Shown here: positions 1 to 8,377 of the stretch, in pieces
Numbering within the stretch: the stretch's first letter is position 1
How the letters are laid out: the number at the start of each line of letters is the position of its first letter
From: Patescibacteria group bacterium
GTDB taxonomy: Bacteria > Patescibacteriota > Minisyncoccia > UBA6257 > JACRHW01
Assembly (NCBI GenBank): GCA_028865725.1
Contig: JAGWJP010000001.1
Span: 143,143 to 207,142, forward strand
DNA length: 64,000 nt
Direction of reading: 5' to 3'
Program-made: the position numbers and the translations under genes
Notes under the pieces: generated by a model
The model's database searches: none
Told to the model about the DNA's origin: nothing
The model's input: the letters and a program-made list of their open reading frames with translations, nothing else

Positions 1-2382
1 CAAAACTGGCAATTTAGAGAACCAACTGGAATAGCGGTAAATGATCCTAGTAATTTATACAATAGTCATATATATATAGCAGATTATGGTGCGAGACAAA
101 TATATGACTTTTATAATTCATGGCAACTACGCACTATATGGACCTCTCTTGGAAGTATAAATGGTCAATATTATGCTCCCCGTCGTATTGTTGCAGACAG
201 TTCTGGAAATACCTATGTTTTGTTTCCTAATCAACAGCTTATTCAACGATTTTCTTACATTGCTAGTTCATATCAGTATAGTGGTGGCTGGGGATCTCAA
301 GGAAGCGGGAATGGCCAGTTTGAATTTGGCAGTGGTGGCGATCTCGCAATTGGTGCTGGCGGAAATATATATGTGGCCGATACCCTCAATCGTCGGATTC
401 AGGAATTTACAAGTTCTGGACAATATATCAGACAATGGGGGTCAGGAGGAAGCGGGAACGGGCAATTTGATTACCCTGAAGGTATTACGATAGACAATTC
501 TGGAAATGTATTTGTGGCTGACTGCTCAGAAACTAGTTCGATATATAATTGTCGTATTCAAGAATTTGACAGTAATGGGACATATCTTACCCAATTTGGA
601 TCTCGAGGAAGCGGGAACGGGCAATTTAATGGAATAGGTGGGGTGGCTGTGGATAAGAATGGAAATGTGTTTGTAACCGATACTGGAAACAATCGTGTTG
701 AAAAATTTGGGTCTGTGATCACATCTGCAGGTGGGAGTGGCACAACAGGGATTACTACTACTTTGTGCCCTGACCCTACATCAACACCAGGAAGCACGCC
801 TTCTAATTCAGTAACGGGTTATGCGTGGTCTTCGAATATCGGGTGGGTGAAATTCTGCGGATCAAATTATGGCGTGCATATCGATCCTTCTTCCGGATTA
901 TTTTCCGGCTATGCGTGGAGTGAAAATGTAGGGTGGGTGAAATTTGATCCTGCGGGTCCGTATCCCGCTTCTGCGCAAACAGGTGCCCATTTAGATTGTA
1001 CAACCGGAAAAGTTTCTGGATGGGCGCGCGTGTGTACCGCGGCCGCAGATCCTCTTAATTGCTCCGGGGGTGCGGGGAGTAATACGGGCGGATGGGATGG
1101 GTGGATAAATCTTGGAAGTACAGGGCATAGCGATGGTGTTTCAAAATTTAATAATGCACTTATGGGTTGGGCATGGGGAGATGACAAGGTGGGGTGGTTG
1201 AGTTTTGATAGCGGAAGCGCAGGAAGTGCAGTTCCCTATGGGGTTAAGGTAGATTCGCGCATTTGTAGCAACAATGCCGTAGGCGATGTGGGGGTTACGC
1301 TTCACGCAAGCCCGCTTACTGTCACCTCGGGCGGTACGACTACCCTTACCTGGACTTCGGCACATGCGACTTCGTGTGTTGCCTCCAACAACGCCTCAAA
1401 TAGCTGGACCGGGTCAAAAGGAATCAACAATACTGCGGGAGACACAAGCGGCCCTATTACCACTCCGACCACATTTACGCTTACGTGTATGGGGCCGAAT
1501 GGTTCTGCGACCGCGTCGGCTACCGTGGCGCCTCTTGGAGATGTGGCGGTAACCTTGAATGCGAATCCAGTGAAGGTAAATTCCGGAGATACGACCACGT
1601 TAAGCTGGACTTCAGAAAATGCTACTTCGTGCACTGCTTCAAACACAACTTCTAATAGTTGGACAGGATCTAAATCTTTGAACAATGCGTCAGGAGAATC
1701 AAGCGGCCCCATTACTTCGACAACCGTCTTTACTCTTATTTGTACTGGCGCAGGAGGTACTGCGACCGCGAATGCGACCGTCATCGCAAACGGAGGAGGC
1801 GCTGCGCCAACGCTTGATTTGGAAGCAAATGGAACAAAAAATCCAGTAGTGTCACAGGGCACTCCCGTCACCCTTTCATGGACGTCTACCAATACTACTT
1901 CTTGCACCGCTTCAAATGGATGGAGCGGCGCTAAGGCATTAAGCGGATCAGAACCGAGCAATCCTATCACTGCAAATACGGTCTTTACTCTTTCTTGCGT
2001 AGGTCCGAGAGGTTCGGTCACTGATTCTGTTTCAGTATCGTTACCTTCAACAAATGGAGGCGGAGGCGGCGGTGGTGGTGGTACGGGCGGAGGAGGCGGC
2101 GGCACTCAATCGCAACTTGTATTCGACGCTACGCCGTCTCATATTTCAAGCGGCGGTACCTCAACACTTGTGTGGAATGCGACTGGCTTCAATTCCTGTA
2201 CCGCGGACGGCGCGACTCAAGCTGGGCAAGCGGTTTCGGATCCTAATTGGTCAGGGAATCTGGCAACTTCCGGATTGGTTCATGTTTCTCCCCATAAATC
2301 TACTATCTATAAATTGACGTGTGACGGTACCTCGCTTACTGCCGCAGTAGTTGTGACGAATATCACCGAAATCAACCCCTAG
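1..2382 (+). CDS. 5'-partial secreted/surface protein. It has NHL repeats (YVADTLNRRIQEF-type), three W-rich about 30-aa repeats, four tandem Ig/PKD-like domains and a poly-Gly linker.
   Basis: Frame 1 is open from base 1 (QNWQFREPTGIAV...) and continues into the listed ORF 220..2382, so the gene starts upstream of the window. Repeated NRIQEF/NGQF NHL motifs are present. The unit TLTWTS..ATSC..SNSWTGSK..SGPIT..TFTLTC occurs four times. The linker is GGGGGGGGGTGGGGGG. Confidence 0.7.
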   Translation, partial: QNWQFREPTGIAVNDPSNLYNSHIYIADYGARQIYDFYNSWQLRTIWTSLGSINGQYYAPRRIVADSSGNTYVLFPNQQLIQRFSYIASSYQYSGGWGSQGSGNGQFEFGSGGDLAIGAGGNIYVADTLNRRIQEFTSSGQYIRQWGSGGSGNGQFDYPEGITIDNSGNVFVADCSETSSIYNCRIQEFDSNGTYLTQFGSRGSGNGQFNGIGGVAVDKNGNVFVTDTGNNRVEKFGSVITSAGGSGTTGITTTLCPDPTSTPGSTPSNSVTGYAWSSNIGWVKFCGSNYGVHIDPSSGLFSGYAWSENVGWVKFDPAGPYPASAQTGAHLDCTTGKVSGWARVCTAAADPLNCSGGAGSNTGGWDGWINLGSTGHSDGVSKFNNALMGWAWGDDKVGWLSFDSGSAGSAVPYGVKVDSRICSNNAVGDVGVTLHASPLTVTSGGTTTLTWTSAHATSCVASNNASNSWTGSKGINNTAGDTSGPITTPTTFTLTCMGPNGSATASATVAPLGDVAVTLNANPVKVNSGDTTTLSWTSENATSCTASNTTSNSWTGSKSLNNASGESSGPITSTTVFTLICTGAGGTATANATVIANGGGAAPTLDLEANGTKNPVVSQGTPVTLSWTSTNTTSCTASNGWSGAKALSGSEPSNPITANTVFTLSCVGPRGSVTDSVSVSLPSTNGGGGGGGGGTGGGGGGTQSQLVFDATPSHISSGGTSTLVWNATGFNSCTADGATQAGQAVSDPNWSGNLATSGLVHVSPHKSTIYKLTCDGTSLTAAVVVTNITEINP

Positions 2383-2478
2383 CGAGTATTAGCAGCTTGT
2401 GATCGAATAGTCTGAATTTGAAAAGTCCGCCGAAAGGCGGATTTGAGTATACCACTCATTACCACAGCACGTGATACA

Positions 2479-3783
2479 TTATACAAACGTAGATAAGAAT
2501 GCTTCTATTTCGCGCGCATGGCGCAAGAAGGTTTGCATATGGGTTTGATTGCAAAATATGCGCAGAGCAAGAAATGATTCCTCATAGGTGGTAAGGAGCG
2601 GTCGCATATCGGCGTAGTGATCAAACAAATCTACAGTATCTTTCAAGTTGCGCAGGAGGATGGGGGTCGAGTGAGGAGAAAATCGTTTGTGTCCAAGTTT
2701 TGTGACGGGTACAAAAAGAATGTCCGCAGGAGGTAGGTGGGCGATGCGCGCGATATTGTGTTCTATTGTTTCAAGTTCTCCTGCAGTCCTATCTTCAAAA
2801 GCAGTGAGGAGCGGTCTTGTTCCTGCGCGCAGATATACATTTTTTTCACATTGTTCCTCGTGGAGGTAAGGTGCGAGACGCAGTACTAACGCGCGATGCA
2901 GTTTGCGCTCCGCTCCGTATGCAAAGAGTTTGCGGACATCTTTGTTATTCGAAAGTTTCAAACGTCCTTCCAGCTCCCCGTCATTTAAGTTCCAGAGCGT
3001 ATGCTCGGTAAAGGCATGGGTTGCCAGTTCCGTATGTATCATCTTTTGAAAGAGACGCTGGTAGAACAGCGCTTTGGGACTAAAATAAACGTCTTTGTAC
3101 GCGTTCCAATAAAATACGATCAAATTTCGTACTGCATGCACGACTTCGCTGTCAATCATAATGCGGTTGTCGTACCAGATGACATGCTTTTCAATCTCCT
3201 TAAGATGGGGAGGCGCCATGATTCCCGCGCCGGTAAAATGCAGGTCTCGTTCAAGGTAGTCCCATTTTTCCGACCCCAGGACTTTATCATCGACAATGCG
3301 CCCTAACGGATCTTGTTTTCCGAGCATCGCATATATTTTGGTTGGATTTCCATGTGAGGCCCGGATCGCATTTTTGATGTTATGCCTGATAAGCGCTTGT
3401 CCATTTTGTTCGTGATTGAGCGTAGTCACATCCTCGATAATATGACTTAAGGGTCCGTGTCCAATATCGTGGATAAGCGCGTAGATGATCACATCGCGTT
3501 CTTCTTGCGGTGATAAGACGTTCACCCCTTTTTTCTTTAATGCGCGGGGCGTATCGCGCCATGCATGCAGGCGCATTTTTGTGCGATGATAGGCGCCTAT
3601 GCAATGTCCGAATCGATTGTGCGTGGCATTGGGATAGAGATTGATTGTGGTACCAAGCTGTTTGACTCTCCGCAGACGTTGAAAATCAGTGGTGTCCACG
3701 ATAGGCGCCACATCGGTAATATCTATTTCTCCGAGTAATGGGTCTGGTACGGTGATAGGTCTCATTACTTGTATTGTAGGCAC
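2479..3783 (-). CDS. HD-domain dNTP triphosphohydrolase (dGTPase family)-like protein.
   Basis: Motifs FQRLRRVKQLG...HNRFGHCIGAYH and ALIHDIGHGPLSH match the H...HD metal-binding pattern and the N-terminal pattern of the dGTPase family. Confidence 0.75.
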   Translation of the reverse strand: MPTIQVMRPITVPDPLLGEIDITDVAPIVDTTDFQRLRRVKQLGTTINLYPNATHNRFGHCIGAYHRTKMRLHAWRDTPRALKKKGVNVLSPQEERDVIIYALIHDIGHGPLSHIIEDVTTLNHEQNGQALIRHNIKNAIRASHGNPTKIYAMLGKQDPLGRIVDDKVLGSEKWDYLERDLHFTGAGIMAPPHLKEIEKHVIWYDNRIMIDSEVVHAVRNLIVFYWNAYKDVYFSPKALFYQRLFQKMIHTELATHAFTEHTLWNLNDGELEGRLKLSNNKDVRKLFAYGAERKLHRALVLRLAPYLHEEQCEKNVYLRAGTRPLLTAFEDRTAGELETIEHNIARIAHLPPADILFVPVTKLGHKRFSPHSTPILLRNLKDTVDLFDHYADMRPLLTTYEESFLALRIFCNQTHMQTFLRHAREIEAFLSTFV

Positions 3784-3814
3784 GAATACAAACGAAACAC
3801 AAGGATATGATTAT

Positions 3815-3856
3815 TTGGCTATTCGTTCAGTCTATGGTTATAATATGAGTATAATT
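3815..3856 (+). promoter_or_regulatory. Candidate sigma70-like promoter for gatC: TTGGCT, 18-nt spacer, TATAAT, with a second TATAAT 11 nt before the ATG.
   Basis: ttggct at 3815-3820, tataat at 3839-3844 and again at 3850-3855. No obvious RBS precedes ATG 3867. Confidence 0.3.
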
Positions 3857-3866
3857 TTTATTGTGT

Positions 3867-4172
3867 ATGCTGACTGCAAAAGACATCCAACATTATGCGG
3901 ACCTAGGAAGAATACGCCTTTCTTCTGCCGAGAAGGCGGCGCTTGTAAAAGACTTCAAAACGATCATTGCCTATGTCGCAAAACTTAGTGAAGTGAATAC
4001 CGACGCGGTTTTACCTATGAATGGCGGTGTTCTTTTTTTTAATCGTTTTCGTGATGATGGTGTGGATTTGGAACGGAAGACAGAAAAAATGAATGAAACG
4101 TCGCAGATCGTGCGAGGTTTTCCTGAGGCGCATGAGGGCTACTTAAAAGTTCCTCCTGTGTTTACCGATTAA
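3867..4172 (+). CDS. gatC: Asp-tRNA(Asn)/Glu-tRNA(Gln) amidotransferase subunit C.
   Basis: MLTAKDIQHYADLGRIRLSSAEKAALVKDFKTIIAYVAKL is a typical GatC sequence. The gene lies upstream of gatA. Confidence 0.8.
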   Translation: MLTAKDIQHYADLGRIRLSSAEKAALVKDFKTIIAYVAKLSEVNTDAVLPMNGGVLFFNRFRDDGVDLERKTEKMNETSQIVRGFPEAHEGYLKVPPVFTD

Positions 4173-4217
4173 ACGTAGTAAATAGAATCTAGAATTTAGA
4201 AAATAGAGTACGGATAT

Positions 4218-4568
4218 ATGCAATCTTTTAAAGATCTCATCGTGTGGCAAAAAGCATTTGATCTGGCCATGGAGATATATCAAATAACCAACCTTTTTCC
4301 AAGAGTTGAACTTTATGGATTATCTAGCCAAATGAGGCGTTCCGCTGTTTCTATTTCTTCAAACATCGCTGAGGGGTTTAATAGAAACAATAAGCGGGAA
4401 AGCCTTCAGTTTATTATGATTGCGTTTGGTTCTAGCGCAGAGTTGGAAACTCAATTACTGTTGGCAGAAAAACTAAGGTTTGTGAATAAGACACAATTTC
4501 AGAAATCTTATTCATTATTAGAAGAGGTAAGAAAAATATTAAGCACAGTTCGAAAAAAATCATCGTAA
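4218..4568 (+). CDS. Four-helix-bundle protein of the 23S rRNA intervening-sequence (IVS) protein family.
   Basis: Contains the signature DLIVWQKAFDL...IYQITNLFPRVELYGLSSQMRRSAVSISSNIAEGFNR...AFGSSAELETQLLLAEKL. Confidence 0.85.
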   Translation: MQSFKDLIVWQKAFDLAMEIYQITNLFPRVELYGLSSQMRRSAVSISSNIAEGFNRNNKRESLQFIMIAFGSSAELETQLLLAEKLRFVNKTQFQKSYSLLEEVRKILSTVRKKSS

Positions 4569-4613
4569 TCGTATCTTCTTATTTTCTGTTTACTAATTTT
4601 TATTTTCTTCGTT

Positions 4614-6086
4614 ATGCATTTAGAAGAATTATCAGTTGAATATATTCATCATGGCCTGCTTGCCAAAGATTTTTCAGCTACGGAACTGGTCGAAGCGCTT
4701 TTGAAGTATATAGAAGACCGCGATGCGGAGTATGGCGCATTCCTGCATGTGATGGCGGATGACTCGTTAAAGACCGCGCGTGAGGTGGATTTGAATATTG
4801 CGCGAGGTGACGACCTTCCCATGTTGGCAGGCGTTCCTATTGCGTTGAAAGACAATATTGTCGTAGCACAGCATCCCACGACGGCAGGGTCGCGTATTTT
4901 AGAACATTACCAAGGAGCATATGATGCAACGGTAGTAAAAAGATTGAAAGCGTCACGCGCGGTTCTTATGGGCAAGACAAATATGGATGAGTTTGCCATG
5001 GGTTCTTCGGGTGAGAACTCTGCTTTTTTTCCAACGAAAAATCCGCATGATACGACGCGTGTACCTGGAGGATCCTCATCTGGATCGGCGGTGGCCGTCG
5101 CATTAGGGGATGTCGTATGTGCTTTGGGTTCGGAAACAGGAGGATCGGTGCGACAACCCGCGTCATTTTGCGGGCTTGTAGGACTCAAGCCTACTTATGG
5201 GGCGGTATCGCGGTATGGGCTTATTGCTATGGCCTCATCACTTGATCAGATCGCTCCTCTTGGGCGTACGACGATGGATGTGGCACATGCGTTCGAAGGG
5301 ATCAGCGGATTCGATACGCTTGATGGGACAACTGCGCGCGAGTATACATTCCGCGCCGAAGCAGTAAAGAAGTTTTCGTTAGAATCATTGCGAGGACTTA
5401 CTATTGGTATTCCCAAAGAGTATTTCACAGATGGCATCGCGCAGGAAACAAGAACAGAAGTTGATGCGGCGATTGCGCTGCTCAAGAGTTTTCATATTGC
5501 GTTTCGTGAAATCTCGCTGCCGCATACCGAGTATGCGTTGGCCTGTTATTACATTATCATGCCCGCAGAGGTGAGTTCGAACCTTGCCCGGTTTGATGGC
5601 ATCAGGTTTGGTGCGCGAAAAGGAGGTGCGACGCTTCTTGATGTATATGAGACGACGCGCGGAGAAGGATTTGGGAGGGAGGCCACACGGCGCATTTTAT
5701 TGGGAAATTACGTATTGTCCGCAGGGTATTATGATGCTTATTATTTGAAGGCGCAGAAAGTGCGCGCCCTTATCGCTGAAGATTTTGCGCGCGCGTTCCG
5801 CGATGTGGATATGATTCTTACCCCTGCCACCCCTACTCCTGCGTTTAAGTTCGGAGAAAAAACACAGGATCCTGTTGCGATGTATCTCTCTGATATCTTT
5901 ACCGTTCCTGTTAATTTGGCGGGGCTTCCTGCAATCACGTTTCCTACTCGCGCGCTGAACAATCCTCCTGGCAATGACGGGCTCCCTGTAGGTGTGCAGT
6001 TGATCGGAAAGCATTTCGATGAAGCGACGCTACTCGGGGTAAGCAGGTTTTACGAGGAAGCCGTTCGAGTAAACAAATCAGGATAG
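4614..6086 (+). CDS. gatA: Glutamyl-tRNA(Gln) amidotransferase subunit A.
   Basis: Amidase signature GKTNMDEFAMGSSGENSAF...GGSSSGSAVAVA, about 490 aa. Confidence 0.9.
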   Translation: MHLEELSVEYIHHGLLAKDFSATELVEALLKYIEDRDAEYGAFLHVMADDSLKTAREVDLNIARGDDLPMLAGVPIALKDNIVVAQHPTTAGSRILEHYQGAYDATVVKRLKASRAVLMGKTNMDEFAMGSSGENSAFFPTKNPHDTTRVPGGSSSGSAVAVALGDVVCALGSETGGSVRQPASFCGLVGLKPTYGAVSRYGLIAMASSLDQIAPLGRTTMDVAHAFEGISGFDTLDGTTAREYTFRAEAVKKFSLESLRGLTIGIPKEYFTDGIAQETRTEVDAAIALLKSFHIAFREISLPHTEYALACYYIIMPAEVSSNLARFDGIRFGARKGGATLLDVYETTRGEGFGREATRRILLGNYVLSAGYYDAYYLKAQKVRALIAEDFARAFRDVDMILTPATPTPAFKFGEKTQDPVAMYLSDIFTVPVNLAGLPAITFPTRALNNPPGNDGLPVGVQLIGKHFDEATLLGVSRFYEEAVRVNKSG

Positions 6087-6098
6087 AATATACGTGAT

Positions 6099-6668
6099 AT
6101 GCCAAACATTCCCTACATCATCCATTTCGGCTTTATTGAGCTTCAATTTTTTCTTCACGCAATATCATGGATACATAATGCATTTATCCATGGATCACCA
6201 TTGTTCTTTTACGTAAAACTGGTCTCAGGAATTGTTTCTTTTCTATTTTTTATTGGCATTGTGTGGCTGGTTATGAAAACAAGGTTTTTGACTCTCCGCG
6301 TTGAACGTTTCAAGAACTTGGTTGCGGCACCCGCATATGTCGATAAAAAACGGGTGTTGCACGGATGGCTTAAGGTGCAAGAGCGCATGGCAAAAGGCGA
6401 TGAGGCGAATATGCGCCTTGCGATCGTTGACGCTGATAAGCTTATTGATTCCGTCTTAAAGCAGATGGGGTATGCAGGGGACACGATGGCAGAGCGTTTG
6501 AAGCAAATTACTCCGGCGCAGCTTTCAAGTATTCAGGACTTGTGGACTGCGCATAAGATACGCAACAATATCGTGCACGATCCCGAGCATATGATTTCAC
6601 AGGAACAGGCGCGAGACGTGATCCTTATGTATGAAAAGGTGTTTCGCGAGATGGCATTAATTGATTAA
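6099..6668 (+). CDS. Hypothetical membrane protein.
   Basis: ORF with hydrophobic N-terminal segments, starting 12 nt after gatA. Confidence 0.45.
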   Translation: MPNIPYIIHFGFIELQFFLHAISWIHNAFIHGSPLFFYVKLVSGIVSFLFFIGIVWLVMKTRFLTLRVERFKNLVAAPAYVDKKRVLHGWLKVQERMAKGDEANMRLAIVDADKLIDSVLKQMGYAGDTMAERLKQITPAQLSSIQDLWTAHKIRNNIVHDPEHMISQEQARDVILMYEKVFREMALID

Positions 6669-6773
6669 AAGATCGTGTCGGAGTCGTACCTGATGAGGTC
6701 GCGTACCGCACAAGGGTTTGACATTTTTCTTTTTTACTCTATAATACTCTCCTAGAAGGAGGGGTACCGTCCG

Positions 6774-7838
6774 GGCTCAATCCGAACACCCCCCACTTCT
6801 TTTTTTCTCCGCGCTCAGGCGCATTTTTTGTTTTCTCAAGCGTTCTAAGACTTCTTCCGGTGTAGAGAAACGAAGCACTTCGAGAATTCTTCGATTCAGT
6901 TTCGCCTCAAGATTTCTGATGAATTGTTTTGTGTAGTGTGAGAGATCGCTTCCTTTCGGAATCTCACGCCGTATGTATTTGTTCACATTCTCCACCGTAC
7001 CGTTCTCCCATGAATGGTAGGGATTGCAGAAGTAGATCTTCAAACCCAACAACTGTTCTAATTCCTTGTGACGTTGAAAGAGAATATCGTTGTCGAGGGT
7101 GAGTGTTCTCATCTCAGAAAATCGTTTTTTAATACATTGAAACGCACGGTGTACGTTTGCAATCGTGACCTTGAGAATGAGTTCGAGAAACGCAGCGCGG
7201 CTCTTGCGATCGACGACGACGAGCAGAATGCCTTTTCCTCCTTTTCCCGAGACAATGAAGTCTGCTTCCGCATTGCCAAGACGCCTTCTTCTATTGATAG
7301 AATCAGGCCTTTTGTCGATAAACACACGATCAGAGAGAGATCCTTTGCTCTGCGATCGTTTCTTTGCGTTGCCGTTCTTTTTCTTTTTCCGATAGGCCTC
7401 CACAAGTCTTCCATACACGCTCCCTACGTAACGATAAATGCTTTCTTTAGAGACACGCCGCGAGGCGTCTTTTTTGTGTTCTTTCTTCAAGCGTCCGGCA
7501 ATCGCTCGAGGTGATTGATCATCGAAGAGCAAGGTTTCGATATGATGTTGCAATGCCCGATTTCCTACAATTTTCATGGCTTGATATTTCGCGTTCTGTC
7601 TTCGTACGCGTGCCTTTGCGTGCGCTTTTTCGGGATCGTACACCCCATTCGCAGAGTTTCTCGCAATCTCATCGGAGAGCGTTGAGACACTTCGATGAAG
7701 AACGCGTGCGATCGAACGCAATGAATACTGTCGGTTCAAAAGAATTTTGATTTCATTTCGTTCGCTTTTCTTAATGTGAGTGTGGCTTTGTATCTTTTTT
7801 TCATATCTTTCATTCTACCAAGTGTTCGGATTCAAATG
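6774..7838. mobile_element. IS30-family insertion sequence, about 1.07 kb.
   Basis: A single transposase ORF is flanked by imperfect terminal inverted repeats. The left repeat is tcaatccgaacac (6777-6789). The right repeat is gtgttcggattca (7823-7835), which is the reverse complement with 12 of 13 bases matching. Confidence 0.75.
6777..7739 (-). CDS. IS30-family DDE transposase.
   Basis: An N-terminal HTH (LRSIARVLHRSVSTLSDEIARNS) is followed by a DDE integrase core with ...YFCNPYHSWENGTVENVNKYIRREIPKG, which is typical of IS30. Confidence 0.9.
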   Translation of the reverse strand: MNRQYSLRSIARVLHRSVSTLSDEIARNSANGVYDPEKAHAKARVRRQNAKYQAMKIVGNRALQHHIETLLFDDQSPRAIAGRLKKEHKKDASRRVSKESIYRYVGSVYGRLVEAYRKKKKNGNAKKRSQSKGSLSDRVFIDKRPDSINRRRRLGNAEADFIVSGKGGKGILLVVVDRKSRAAFLELILKVTIANVHRAFQCIKKRFSEMRTLTLDNDILFQRHKELEQLLGLKIYFCNPYHSWENGTVENVNKYIRREIPKGSDLSHYTKQFIRNLEAKLNRRILEVLRFSTPEEVLERLRKQKMRLSAEKKRSGGCSD

Positions 7839-7860
7839 AGACATTAGGAGGGACCAAACA

Positions 7861-8103
7861 ATGGCGAAATGTTGGTTCATCATCGCGCTCGCGATGCGAA
7901 TGACGCGAAAGGATCTTTCTTTTGTTGCTGAATCTGAAGTTTATCCCATTTTTTATGTAGGCACGAAGGAAAGTGCGATAGGAAGCGCATATATCGAACT
8001 CCAGAAGGAGAATCCTGAGAGCAAAGAGTGGGTTCATACAGTGAAGGCTCGCCACCTTACTAAAAAAGAACTTCAAAAACTTGTTGACTCCATTGATGAG
8101 TAA
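7861..8103 (+). CDS. Hypothetical small protein (80 aa).
   Basis: ORF lying between the IS30 and tRNA-Met, followed by a hairpin and T-tract. Confidence 0.4.
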   Translation: MAKCWFIIALAMRMTRKDLSFVAESEVYPIFYVGTKESAIGSAYIELQKENPESKEWVHTVKARHLTKKELQKLVDSIDE

Positions 8104-8106
8104 TAA

Positions 8107-8137
8107 AAAGACTCGCTCGCAGGCGGGTTTCTTTTTT
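8107..8137 (+). terminator. Putative intrinsic terminator.
   Basis: aaagaCTCGCtcgcagGCGGGtttctttttt: an imperfect stem followed by a T-run. Confidence 0.35.
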
Positions 8138-8156
8138 AATTTATGGGGTCTGATTA

Positions 8157-8185
8157 TTGTCGGATTTCCTTTTTTTGTGTATAGT
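8157..8185 (+). promoter_or_regulatory. Candidate promoter for tRNA-Met: TTGTCG, 17-nt spacer, TATAGT.
   Basis: ttgtcg at 8157-8162 and tatagt at 8180-8185, 12 nt upstream of the tRNA 5' end. Confidence 0.4.
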
Positions 8186-8197
8186 GATTTCACCCGA

Positions 8198-8271
8198 GTC
8201 AGGGTAGCTCAGTTGGTCAGAGCATAGCACTCATAACGCTAAGGTCGTGGGTTCGATCCCCACCCCTGACA
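8198..8271 (+). tRNA. tRNA with CAT anticodon (Met elongator or Ile2-lysidine type). It is not initiator-like.
   Basis: Cloverleaf: acceptor gtcaggg/ccctgac; D-arm gctc-agttggtca-gagc; anticodon loop cuCAUaa; T-arm gtggg-ttcgatc-cccac; discriminator A; CCA is not encoded. Confidence 0.85.
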
Positions 8272-8351
8272 CAAACGACAAACGAAGTGCAGTGGCAGGG
8301 AGCGAGACAACGTCTTGATTCCTTCCTCTTGAACAATAGGAAGGAAAATTC

Positions 8352-8377
8352 AGCGATCAATTGCGGGTCGCTTTTTA
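8352..8377. terminator. Hairpin with T-run between the tRNA and the convergent mntH gene, possibly a bidirectional terminator.
   Basis: agcgatcaattgcgggtcgcttttt. Confidence 0.4.

Noticed and set aside
2040-2105. A run of GGN codons (ggaggcggaggcggcggtggtggtggt...) that looks like a simple repeat.
   Set aside because: It encodes the poly-Gly linker (GGGGGGGGGTGGGGGG) inside the surface protein ORF. It is not a CRISPR array or a noncoding repeat. The antisense ORF 1302..2105 (MPPPPPPVPPPP...) is its mirror artefact.
6771-6790. gtccgggctc resembles the conserved P4 region of RNase P RNA.
   Set aside because: It is part of the IS30 left terminal inverted repeat. No other RNase P features are present.
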